Assembly: GCA_904063045.1 (NCBI GenBank)
Contig: CAJFCJ010000014.1
Span: 186,001 to 250,000, forward strand
DNA from: Dimorphilus gyrociliatus
Lineage: Eukaryota; Animalia; Annelida
Length of the DNA: 64,000 nucleotides
Reading direction: 5' to 3'
Under the pieces are notes generated by a model. The model saw nothing but the letters and a program-made list of their open reading frames with translations, was not told where the DNA came from and did no database searches. The translations under genes and the position numbers were made by a program. Numbering within the stretch: position 1 is the first letter of the stretch; each line of letters opens with the position of its first letter. Positions 26,153 to 37,867 of this stretch are shown here, one piece after another.

Positions 26153-29100
26153 ATGGCCAATTTAACGACGAAAGATGAAATGAAAAATTGTAGTTACTGC
26201 AATCAGAGTGCGGTTACTATTTGCAGAAATTACGAATGTGCAAATTTACCTTATTTCTGCTCCTCATGCTATTCTAGGATGCATAATAACGAAGATAAAA
26301 GGCAGCATTATCATTTAAAATTGACAAATGTATGTAGATCTAATTCGGAGAGACTACAAAAAACTATGCGAGGAATTGAAGAGACCAAAGAGGTAAGCGT
26401 TTTTCCCTTATTCTTTACCGTCATCTTATTATCATCATTACTATATTTACAGTAAAACTTTTCATATATCATGTCTAAACAAACGATACAGATTGTAGAA
26501 ACGGATGGTTTGGACAACGTTGATTTTGGTCTGATTTTCAAACCAATTAAACAAAAAGTTAGAAAACGATCTTCGAATTTTGACCAATTAAAGGTTTTAT
26601 AGATTTAATTTCATCTATTTTACCGTTTAGTTGTCTTTTTATTACTGCTTTAATTATTAAAGTTTGCTTTTTATGTGAAAATTAGACAAAAGTACAAAAG
26701 AAGAGAAACCAAAAGCTATTTACGTATTAAATGTAATGTAATTATATAAAGCGTACAATAAATATATACAGTATGCGCAGTATATATTGTATTTATTGTA
26801 TGTGGCGTACTGTATACGCTTAAATAAGAAACAAACATCTATAGGCTATTATCAAAAGCAATTAAACTAAGATAAAAAGCATCCGACAGCCTTTCTATTT
26901 TGTCTTTCTGTCTCTCTCTCTCTCTTCCTTATTCGAAATGTTTTTTATCTGCCCACGCATAAGCGTTCTAATCCTTTGTCTTTTATCCCTCGTACAGATC
27001 TTTTATTACTAAAATATCAATTATCAAATTATTAATATTTGTTTTGTCTTTCGTTTTTCTCCCTAAAAACTTCTAGGAGAGCTTTGTGATAAGAATTGAT
27101 TTTCAAGAAAAATCCTACGACTTTACAATAGAGATCAAACCTAAAAAAACACTACGAGACGCCCTCTTTGCAATATCAAAAAAGTCTGGAATTAGTACAC
27201 TCGATTCTTCAAAAGTAGAAGTAAGAATTGAAAACTCACGCAGCCCGTTAAGTTTAGATAGCCCTGTCTGTCATTTAGCAAATTTAACTGTCATAGCAAC
27301 AGGTTAGTGAATAAGTTGGGTGTTTTTTTTTTATATTCTTTAATGTTGATTAAACTAACAATATCACTTTTTATATTTTTCTTTTTAAATGAAAAGAAGA
27401 AAAGAAAGAATTTAAATTAATATCCTCCTTTTCTCTTTTATTCTTTGTATGTGTTTTTTGTTTCTTTTTTTTTACTTTTCAAGGATTTCGTAAGGCTTTT
27501 AAAACTACTAAAAGTAAGTAAGAGCTAATTATGTTAAAAATATTATCTCTCTCTCTCTCTCTCTCTCTCTCCGTGTCTATCTGTCTGTCTTCCATCTTAC
27601 TACCTTTTCCTATTCTCTCACTAAATCCATCTATCTTATATTGATTAAAATATTTACAAGCTACCGTCTTTGCTTCTCTCTAACATCAATACACGCATAC
27701 ACTCTATTCCATAGCCATGATATGTCATTTTTTTTGTCAATACGGATAATTGATCCTTTGCATGACTTCATTATTTAAACAGTCAATGAAGAGGACTTTG
27801 TTAACATTCAAGACATTCTGGAGCAATTTAGACATCATCTACCAGCTTTACCTTCCCATTTGTACGTTAGCGCCACAGAATGCGATTCGGCCAGTATGAT
27901 CTTACCCGATTCTTGGACAGTTTACATAGACTATAAGAAGATGGACGAAGCGGAGAGGAAAAGGCATAATATCATTTGGGAAACTCTACAATTTGAATCA
28001 TCCTATCTAAAGAAATTAAAAACATTGGTTGACGTCTACGTTTCACCTTATTATAATCTACTGCAAAGAGGCTTTTTTACGGATTTGGATATGAAATTAG
28101 TTGTATCGAACCTTAAGGAAATGTACTTTCAATGTTGCAGTAGATGGAATAATGTTATATTACCTTTTATTAATAGTATTAAAAAAGGTAATTTAATGGA
28201 AATTGAAGATTTTAAAAATCTATATAACATTAGAAAAATGAGCACTTTAGGCGATGACGATATTAGCGATCTATTCCAAGAAGAGCATATTTATCACATG
28301 ACTGTTGACAAGTTAAAGGAATATATTAAGAACGTGAAAATGAATAATCAAGACTTTAATAAATTCTATTCGTGGGTCAATATCATGCTATGGGGTTTAG
28401 ATAAACACGAATTAAACTCTTATCTTACTGCTCCCATGCATCATCTTACTAGGCATACTCTCTTCCTTGAACGCCTCATCAAGTCCACTAATGAAAAGGA
28501 AACTCTTGAGAAATGCTCTCATAGGATTAAAAATTTCCTAAAAGGTGTCGAAGCTGAAATATGCATGAGAGAGAGATTAGAGGTTCTTACCGAATTTCAA
28601 ACTAGAATCGAAAGCTACGATTTTATCGATCCTGTACAGAATTTAAGCGAAACTTTAAAGAAAAGTCTTCGAATTTGTTTAACCTCCTCAATGGCTGGAT
28701 GTCCTGAAGATTGGCTTAGAAGATTGATAAGGGAAGGTGTTGTTAGAATGAAAGAATCACATCGTCACCACGACGTTATTTTATGCCTATTCACCGATTT
28801 TATTATGATTTGTCGTAAAGGGAGAAAAGTTGACGATAGGGTCCATTTGAAAATTTATAAGCCACCAATGAGATTAGACGTTATAAGCGTCTATCAAAAT
28901 GATTCTCACGAATTTTCTTTAGTCTATAAAAATGAAATGAACTTTATAACGTCTATATTCGTCTTTCAAAGTGCAGATCCTTGGTTTAATGATATTCAAA
29001 GGGCCAAATGTACATATAGAGAAATGTGGGATGGTAAAAAGGACGAAAATGACGAATTAACCTATTCGACAAGAGACTATTCTAGCAACGATCTCTTTCC

Positions 29101-29427
29101 TACTATTGATTACAGACACAAAGGCGAATTTATTCATCAAACACCTTTAGATAAAAGTCAATCTATTGGAAATGTTAATACCAACATAAAAAAAAGACCA
29201 CCAATTTTAAAGAAGAGTCATACGTGGGGTGGAAAAGATGAACACAAGCCTCAATTAAAAGTTCCCGATTGGAATCGAGTACAGAAATTAGTTCTAGACG
29301 GTCAACTAGAAGTTTCGTAAGTACAACTAGTAACAATAAACAAATTAATTAATTAATTGTTCATTTTCTCTATTTTATAAAGAGACGCCTAGAAAGGAAA
29401 GGAAACGCATTGAAGAAAATCGGATAA
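26153..29427 (+). CDS. PLEKHG5: PLEKHG5-like RhoGEF (N-terminal Cys/His zinc-binding motif, RBD-like, DH, PH), about 723 aa
   Basis: Proposed exons 26153-26392, 26492-26593, 27077-27302, 27484-27513, 27783-29311 and 29383-29427 are phase-consistent. CxxC...CxxC..MH motif; RBD-like segment (KKTLRDAL); DH start IWETLQFESSY; PH LIREGVVRMKE..LCLFTD and YKPPM. The architecture matches the PLEKHG5 family. The small exons are less certain. Confidence 0.75.
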
Positions 29428-29639
29428 TTTTAAAATATGATTCACCTTTCTACTACTTTCCCAAATTCTTTCTAGTTTTCTCTGTTCATTTTATATAAAT
29501 ACAGACGTCTATTTTTAAAATACAATTGTTCAGTAGAAACTTGCAGCTATGCCAGCGTCTATTGGGATAATTTACAGGTTTAGCAACGTATCAAGTAAGC
29601 ATTGCTGCTTTTATGTAAATTAGTCTATATTTCAGTTCA

Positions 29640-30560
29640 GGGTTAGGAAGAATAGTAGACTCTGATCATCAAGAGACCCGTTCAGTGGCTGACCATTGAC
29701 CCCTTCTTGACCATTGCCCATAGTGTTTGCCATTTTTGCAGACTCCATTTTATGTGGAGATATGGCTTTGTCAGGTTCTTTGCCGAGTCTACCGAAGCTT
29801 CCCTTAGGGGCAATGAAGGTCCGTTCATATTGTGATCCCTTGTTGCTCACCAGTTTCTTGAACGACAGGAAATTGTCACTGAATATCCTCTTCGGTCTCT
29901 TCTCTCTGGCCGCCATTCGTTCCTATGCAAGCGTGTCGGACACTGCTCAGTGTTTCTCTGAACAGTCATGTGGCGTACTTGATCACTTATTAAGACATAA
30001 ACAAACACCACGAAATTTGTGTATCACGTATCGATTCCTCAATCAAGATTTATGGAACAAGGCCTTGTCTCTCTGGCTGCTATTTGCTCTATAGCCATTT
30101 CAGTTGCCTTACTATCCATGCCTTCTGTTACCTCAAGTCAGACGACTTTACTTTGAAGACAAACTGCTAATCGCACATGAGATTTCCCACCACTCACCAA
30201 GTAAGGACAGAAATAATCAATGCCTATGTTTTCAAATATTCGCTGCTAGTTTGGAAGTCGAAGAGAGTATGATCTTCCTTTAGGTATCTTTTTTTCCTTG
30301 TGAATCAACTGCATTGTCTGCATCTATCTATAACTCTACAGATAATTGTCACCTCATTTAGTACTCAATAATTCTCTCTAACCAGGACTATCATTCAGGC
30401 TGGCAGTTGTCTTCATGAATCTTTTTGACAATCAGATATCCAACAGTGGATTTACCAGCCAAAAAAGGTGGGTAATTTGCTGCCATCTCATCATCCTTCC
30501 TTATCTTTCTAAGCATCGCTCTCTGGATACACTCCACTTGCACAATACAGTATCTCATCG
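29640..30560 (-). mobile_element. Degenerate Bel/Pao integrase-region fragment
   Basis: Minus-strand translation pieces AREKRPKRIFSDN, KNLTKPYLH..W..QKWQTLW and FLAGKSTVG parallel the integrase of the element at 53537-57174. Multiple frameshifts. Confidence 0.7.
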
Positions 30561-30651
30561 TCCTCTTTGGACTAATTTCTTGCTGGGACTATGACCTTAT
30601 AATTATAAGTAGTGTCATTGAAAAAAAATTTGGTCTACAAATATTGTTCCC

Positions 30652-31648
30652 TTGAATTTACAACATACAATTTCTTTTGGAAACATTGAAAAATGCATTT
30701 GGCTATCTTTAGAAATCCGCAAAGATATCCTGTTCCACTTAAGCATGCCAAAAATGACCATTCGAGGTATAGCAGCAAAATTTAATTGCAGCCCAGCTAC
30801 AGTGCACAATATAAAAAATCAGTTCAAGCAATTTAAAACAATAAATGACCTGCATAGGTCTGGTAGATCACATAAAATCACCAGGAGGATGGAACTGCAA
30901 CTCACAAGAACATGCTGATTGAACCCAAAATGGACAGCTAGAGGCATTCTAGAAAATTCTGCAGTTCCTATTCAGATATCACTATCTAGTGTGAAAAAAG
31001 TCCTATGTAAGTACAAACTAAATGGCAGAATTGCTGCAAAGAAGCCAGCCCTAAATAGAAAGCAAATTAAAAGCAGAATAGAATTTTGCAAACAAAAACT
31101 TAAATGGAGAAAAGTTATATTCAGCAATGAAAGCAAGATTAAACTGCATCTTTGTTGTTAGGAGGCCAGTTGGTAAAAGAAATGATCCAAAATATATAAC
31201 TAAAACAATAAAGTATGGTGGTGGTAGCATCATGGTCTTTGGATTTATAAAGTATAACGGAAAGAGAGGACTCTGCAAGGTCCCTACCAGAATGAATGCA
31301 GACGGCTATATAGATATACTCTCAGAAAATGTGTTGCCTACCTACAAATGGGGAGAAATTTTCCAGCAAGATGGAGTGAGCTGCCATACAGCAAAAAGAA
31401 CTATTGCATACATCAAGAATGAGATGAAATTGCTAGAAAACTGGCCTGCAAATAGCCCAGATATTAACATTATTGAGCCCATTTGGGGTATTTGCATGCT
31501 CAGACAGTCTAGAAATTTTAAAGAGCTTTGGGAAAGTTTTGAGGAGGAATTTTCAAAATATCAAATTTTGAGATACAGGGATTGTATGCCTCTATTGAAA
31601 GGAGGCTAAATGCAGTAAGAAAGGCAAAAGGCATGCAAACCAAGTAAT
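30652..31648 (+). pseudogene. Frameshifted Tc1 (DD34E) transposase relic
   Basis: HTH-like N-terminus, VIFSNESK, YGGGSIMVFG, QQDG...34 aa...NSPDINIIE. Split over several frames with a stop. No TIRs recognised. Confidence 0.85.
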
Positions 31649-32029
31649 AAATTTGATAATTTTATCATTTACAATCATTTGCCTATCTAAAAATGTATAT
31701 ATAAAATAAAAAAAGTACTTTTGATGGACCTGATTGATTTGTTATAATTACTTAATAGCAGTCTAAATTCATAGTATTGTAAAAAAAAGAGTGAAAAACT
31801 GATGATTAAAATATAGATATTTTAAAAAATTTTGCCTGATGTTTCATAAGTCATCTCTCTTACAGAAAAAAATATTCCTAACCATAAACTTCATTTGTAA
31901 ATCAAGATATTTGGATTTTTAGAAATTTTTACTCTTGTTATAATTAATAATATTGCGACTGTATTACAGAATTGTGGACAATTCCATCTAAAATTATTTC
32001 TTAGCTTTCTCATGACATTTTGGATACAT

Positions 32030-32224
32030 TCACTCTCTTTTTTTTACCCTCGCTAGCATCACTTAACTTGGTGCTTGACTGTGCTCATTTGTGATGCCAC
32101 ATTTGTGCCACATTGTTCTCTCTCTACTGTCCTAACTTTGGCTAAGTCAAGCTCGCCCTTTAAGTGACACTAACATACTGATATACATTCACTGACTCAC
32201 ACTGACTCACACTAGTACATAATG
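32030..32224 (-). mobile_element. Bel/Pao (family B) 3' LTR remnant, split from its element by the Tc1 insertion
   Basis: The reverse complement shares blocks (GTCACTTAA, TTGACTTAGCC, ATGAGCACAGTCAA, GAGTGAATGTA) with the LTR at 57200-57440. Confidence 0.7.
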
Positions 32225-32226
32225 TA

Positions 32227-33879
32227 CAGCCGCGGTCAAAAATGTTTATACATGAAAAAAAAGAAAATATTTTTTTTAAAAACTCATTTTTCTCTAATTT
32301 TGAGAAATAAAATTATTTTTCTTAAATAGAATGATGTTGTTTAAAGGGTATTTTATGTAATTTCATACAACATTTGTTTTTTTCAGCTTTTAAAAGTACT
32401 TTTTTTTTTTAATTTTAGACAACAAGTGCTTTTTGCAATTAAATTATATAATTTAAAAATGGCCATAAATATCTATAAAAACATGTTTTTTGTCTAAATA
32501 GTTTTTAGAACATTTGAATTTAGAACAAATCTGACTCCGCAGATAATTACTTACATTTCTTTGTCAAAATGAAATATCATTCTCAAATTAGAGAGCTAGC
32601 AAGGGCGAAAAAAGCTGAAATGACCTATAAAGAACTTGAGGCGGACTTAAATATCCCAAAACCTTCACTCCAGTATATCTGTGAGAACAAAAGAGCAGGA
32701 AAACCTGACAAAAGGGGAAGACCATCCAAAGCCAGTGAAAGACTGAAGTCACTAATTAAAAGAGAATGCATAAGATTACAGGAAAAAAGAGAGTTGGCAA
32801 CTGCTAAAAAAATTAAGGATAACTTAAGCCTGGATCTTTCTGAAAGAACCATTAGAAGGATTCTAAATAAAAATGGAGCAAAGTATCTGCCCATTTTGAA
32901 GGTATGCCCTTTGTCAGCAAGAGCAAAAACCACACGATTAAATATACTGGGTGGATGGATTCAGAGCCAAGTTGAATATAAAAATGTGGTCTTCACAGAT
33001 GAGTCCAGGTTTTCGCTGGATGGTCCTGATCATCTGTTAACCTGGCAGCTCAATGACAGGCCAAGGCTCTTTAGAGATAAGCTTCCAGTTGGTGGAGGAG
33101 GAGTGATGGTGTGGGGGTGTATATCCTCAGATGGTGAAGTTTTTATCCAAAGACTTCCCTCCAACATCTCTGGAGAGATTTATGCCGAATTTCTTCAGGG
33201 AACAGTTTTCCCAATTTTGAGGGAAAAATTTGGAGAAAACTTCACCTTTCAGCAGGATAATGCACCCCCACACACTGCCAGAGTAACAATGGATATCCTG
33301 GAGGAGAATGGAATTCAAGTCCTTGATTGGCCTCCATACTCTCCAGACCTCAACCCCATAGAGAATTTGTGGGGTTATTTAAAAATTAAAGTGTATGAAA
33401 TTCAAACACCAAAAACCCTTGACCATTTATGGGACAGGATACAGGAAGAGGTGGACAAAATCAATACAAGCAATAGAGATTTTGTGAAAAATTTATATAG
33501 AGGAATCGGGGAGAGAGTTTGGCAAGTTATTATCAATAAAGGAAACAGAATTAAAAAGTAGTTTTTAGACTGAGACAAAACGCAAAAATTTAGAAAAAAA
33601 ACCTTGACAAACTATGTAATTAAATTTATATAAATATTTTTGGCCATTTTTTTTGGGACTATTTTTAATGATAAATAAACATAGAATTAAAAAACATTCT
33701 TTTTTTTATATAAGAATATTTTTTTCAGTAAACTAAATCCATTTTCTGGTTTATAACATATTCTTCAACAAATATTTAAAAAAAGAACAAACAATTTTGT
33801 TGAAGAAATCCAAAAAAAAATTATTTTATAGAAAAAAAAAATTTTTTTTTTCATGTATAGATATTTATGACCGCGGCTG
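32227..33879 (+). mobile_element. Complete Tc1-family DNA transposon (1653 bp) with IR/DR-type ends
   Basis: Imperfect TIRs starting CAGCCGCGGTCA at both ends, TA target duplication at 32225-26 and 33880-81, and inner repeats of the terminal motif at 32461 and 33625-33645. Confidence 0.92.
32569..33561 (+). CDS. Tc1 transposase, DD34E, intact, 330 aa
   Basis: HTH region, VVFTDESRF, GGGGVMVWG, QQDNAPPH and SPDLNPIENLW. 34 residues counted between the second D and E. Confidence 0.95.
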   Translation: MKYHSQIRELARAKKAEMTYKELEADLNIPKPSLQYICENKRAGKPDKRGRPSKASERLKSLIKRECIRLQEKRELATAKKIKDNLSLDLSERTIRRILNKNGAKYLPILKVCPLSARAKTTRLNILGGWIQSQVEYKNVVFTDESRFSLDGPDHLLTWQLNDRPRLFRDKLPVGGGGVMVWGCISSDGEVFIQRLPSNISGEIYAEFLQGTVFPILREKFGENFTFQQDNAPPHTARVTMDILEENGIQVLDWPPYSPDLNPIENLWGYLKIKVYEIQTPKTLDHLWDRIQEEVDKINTSNRDFVKNLYRGIGERVWQVIINKGNRIKK

Positions 33880-33881
33880 TA

Positions 33882-36635
33882 TATTATTCATTCCCCCATG
33901 GATAGTAGTTTGCCCATGGCCCTGACCAATGAACACTTTTTTGTCTCTACCCTTTCTTTTGTTGCCATCATGGCTGGGTATAATCTCCATTAAGACTCCG
34001 GTTGCCCACTTATGTCTCGCCTTTTGATTATCTGAGATTAAAACTTTGTCTCCGATTTGTAACTTTCTTCCTCCTCTCATTTTCTGTTGTTGTCTCACTA
34101 ACTCCTGTATGTATATCTTCTTCCACTGTCTTTGTATCTTGTTCTAACATTTCTGATTCCATCTGCTCTCACTCCATTATAGCTCCTTTTGTCTCCTCTT
34201 GATTAAATTGGGCGTTACAAATAACTGGTCGGGGTCATCCAGTGGCTGCTGCAGTGGTTTGTCATTGATGACCTTTTCTACTTAGGACCACAGCATCTGT
34301 CACTTTTGGTGAGACCATTGATTATGTAGGTATGGCTTTGCCAAGTATTTAGCTGCTTTCACTGCTACTTCCCACACCCCTCCTTGGTAGGGGCCTTTGG
34401 GGCTGTGAATCTTCAGTCTATTTGATTTGGCTCCTGGGCCCTGGCTTTAAAGGTTTGGTAGTTATCCAAAATTATTAACTGACGGTCTTCTCTCTCTGGC
34501 CCATGCCCTTTCCAAGGCCAGCTCAATGGAATTCATGTGAAGGCCCTTTTACTTCCAGCCTCACCATCTTGCTCTGTAGGCATGTGAGGAGTAATATATA
34601 GAGCTTGCCTCCTTTCTTCAGTTTGAAAGGCCCAAAATGGTCAATACAAATATATTTAAATACTTCAAATTCTTTTCTAATTTGGAAGGAGTATGGTTTG
34701 TGTCCTTTCTTGTACCAGATTGTAGTCCTATACCTCCTGCATTGGTCATATTCTGTAATGACCTGCCTTATGATTGACACTTCATTCAATACCCAATAGA
34801 TCTCCCTAAGGATTGCTCTCATTCTAGCCAAAGGAGTGTGGCAGTTTTCTTCATGAATTTTTCTCACCAGCTGCTTTTTGATTTTCTGTCCAAGACCCTA
34901 GGGTTCTCTGTGTTGTTCTCCTTCTTCCCTAGTTGTCTTAGTTGGATTTGCATTCCATCTTTTCCTCTTACTATGACATATTTTGCCAATCATTTTGGGT
35001 CAATTTCCATTTGGGCTTCCCATATGGCCCTTTCTACCTCTTGGTGAACCTTCATCAACCAGCTCCCTCCCAGCCCTCTGCAATAAGAACAGAAGGTTGT
35101 GCTCTTCATTAGCCAGTTTTTTTAATAGCAGGACCCTACATGGCTTTCCTTGCTGTGCCACCATCATCTCTCTCTCTGCCCAATCATCATAGCTTTCTTG
35201 GTTAAATTTGGTTAGCCAATCTGCTGGTTAGCATTGCCCTTTGTGTGGTATCATTGGTCAGAGTCTGTGTGTTGCTGTATCTCCAGTACCCTTGTTCAGG
35301 CATATTTTTCCATGGGTATATCATCATTCATAAATAACCTTAAGACTACTTCAGAGTCAGTTAAGAACAGAGTGGGCCTTCTTGCCACCCCTTTGCTCAC
35401 TTCAAATGCCAATCTCACCCCCAACAATGCTGCAGCAAGCTCACACCTTGGTGTCATTTTCATTGCCAGTCTAATCATCAATGCCTTTGACCTTAGTAGT
35501 TTCTCAAATCCACCTGTACATGTGTAGATGGCTACCACTAATGTTGTGTCTGAGGCATCAGTGTAGATGTGATACTTCTCAGTACTTTCAGCATGACGAT
35601 CTATGCTTAATTTACTGGGCAGCCTAGCTACAACATCATTCCATTCTCTTCTCTTCTGGTCAGGTACCTCTTCATTCCAGTGGTTCATACCATTGCTTAC
35701 TTTTGAGAATGTGAGCCTTCATTTGTTCATCACAATATTTATTAGTCCAAGTGGGTCATAAATGCCAGCCACTGCCCCCAGCATATCTCTCCAGGTAGCC
35801 TTTGATTTTAACACCTTCTCCATTGCCCAATATAGTTTATCCCCTTTTCCTTCATATCTGATGCCCAGTACCTTTTCTGTCATACAATTTTCTTTTACAT
35901 GGGATCTTCTTTCTAATTTCTGTTGAATTAGTTGCCAGCTTGGTGAGTGTGAAGCAATTGCCTAGAGCCTTCAATACCTTCTCCAACACCTCAGATAGGT
36001 ATTCTTCATTGGATACGACAGAAAACGTCCCCAAATTCATGATTTAACCCTAACCCTAACCTAGCCCTTGTCTCTCCTTAACCTTTTTGATTGCTCCTAA
36101 CCCTTAGATGGAACCCCCCTAACTATAAATCAAAAGCTACTTTACCCCTCCTAACCATTTTTCAATCCGAAATGTTGCTTTCAAAAATCTCATTTGGGGA
36201 CGTTTTCTGTCGGCCCCTTCTTCATTATTGGATGCCAAGATCAAGTCATCTACATAGAAACTCCTTTCTATCTCCTCCCTCTCTTCTCTCAATAGGTGAG
36301 AGGCCTTCAGCACCTTTCTAAGGGTTGCTGAGACCACATAGGGGCTATCCTTTGCCCAGAACACTTGCCTTGTCATTATGTATTTGACTATGATCTCTCT
36401 TGACTTCAGCTCCCCAGGGGGCTAATATAGTAAACCAAAATATTGTCTGTCCAATTCACTTTTGTTCACTTGGTGGAACATTGCCTTTATGTTGCCTATT
36501 ATGTAGTGTTTACCACTTCTCCAATTTGTCAATGTTAAAGGTATATCTCCCACCAACCTCCCACCTGTTGAGATTGTATTGTTGATGCTTCTTCTGCAGT
36601 ATTTTGCTGCACAATCATAAACTATGCATAGCCCT
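33882..36635 (-). mobile_element. Degenerate Bel/Pao element (family B) pol: RT, RNase H and integrase
   Basis: Frameshifted homologue of 54600-57174 (GNIKAMFHQV, VFWAKDSP, FYVDDL, YTDASD, IDHFGPF). PPT GGGGAA precedes the LTR start TG near 33890. Confidence 0.88.
36016..36217. mobile_element. About 200 bp MITE-like insertion containing TAACCC repeats
   Basis: Perfect 21-bp inverted repeats CGACAGAAAACGTCCCCAAAT at 36016-36036 and 36192-36212, with internal TTAACCCTAACCCTAACCTAGCCC. It interrupts the Pao RT. Confidence 0.8.
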
Positions 36636-36769
36636 TGTAACAGCTGACAAATGGATTCTTCACTATCTGAAAAACAAAGAATATCTTGAACTTCATCATT
36701 TTCCAACATGCTATCATTGTGTAATGTTTCTAATTTTTGTAGCTTAGGTTCCTCTTTCAGGATCATCTT

Positions 36770-37560
36770 TGCTGGTTGATTTTTCTTATATTACCTGTTT
36801 GTTGGAGGTGGTGCATACTTTTGAACTTTTTGGTTTGCCAACTTTTCTTTGGTAGCATTTTCGTTGTCAGGTACATGCTTTCTATTCTAAAAATTTGGGG
36901 TTTCTGTAGAAGCATCTTTTCTTATCACCTGGGTCTTTTTGGGCTCTTTTCTCTTTTGTGTTTCCAACTTGGACACCATTGTGATTGGTTTTCTCTGAGT
37001 TAGTTTTAATGAGGTTTCTGCTTTCTTAGCAGCATTATATAGTTCTGCCAATATTTGACATCTAGGATGTAAGTTGTACACTAAATGTAGAATATCCTCT
37101 TGTAATCCTCTTTGCAAAACTTCCATCAGTTTTATTTCTTTCATTGTTGCAAGCCATTGTGGGTCCATTGGTCTATGTGGAGAAAACCCATTTATCAATT
37201 TCTTTGCTCTGTTAACAAACTGAACCACACTTTCTCCATTCATTTGCTTTAAACTAAACAGTTTCTCTTGATACTCCATAGGATCAAGATCAAATTTGTC
37301 ATGGAGGGTTTCCATATTTCCTCTACAGTATGCTCTCCATCAAGAGCCAATACCAAATCCCTTGTAGGACCAGTTAAATAATCAAAAAGATTTGCTTTCA
37401 CAACATCTTCACCAACCCAGCCATAAGCATGACATGCCTGATTAAAATCTTCCTTGAATTTTGAACACTCAATGCTTCCATACAACTTGAGGATAGTTCT
37501 TTGAGGGCTGTCCCAAGCAGCCCTTAATGTTTGAATTACTGTTGTGATATCAATATTTGG
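36770..37560 (-). mobile_element. Retrotransposon gag fragment (Ty3/Gypsy-like capsid region)
   Basis: FKEDF..AC..YGW, LFDYLTGP and KQMNGESVVQFVNRAKKL, followed by a decayed zinc knuckle. Frameshifted and unlike the neighbouring Pao gag. Confidence 0.6.
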
Positions 37561-37867
37561 GTTCTGTGATGGGTGATGTGTTCAATTTCCAAAATCTGGT
37601 GGAATTGTGATTCTATTTGTTTTCAATATGAGAGTTCAATAGCAGAGTAGATAGTTGGTAATAACAGGTTGTCAAATTACCAAATTGTCTTCCAATGTTG
37701 AGGAGTAGATGGATGGCTCCAGTGGAGGTTGTTTCCAGGCTATCTTCCCAGGTCCTTGGGTCCAGATAGGAATGCTTAGAATGAAAATAGTGAGGAGTTA
37801 TATACTTTCAGGTTTGCCTCTGATATCCAATCATCACTTTACAGTTGCCAAACTGTGTAGTTCATAT

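Noticed and set aside
32185-32212. Short ACTGACTCAC tandem repeats as a CRISPR-like or regulatory array
   Set aside because: Only two or three units with no spacers, inside an LTR remnant of a eukaryotic genome.
36044-36066. TAACCC repeats as a telomere or chromosome-fusion scar
   Set aside because: There are only about three units, and they lie inside a TIR-bounded insertion.
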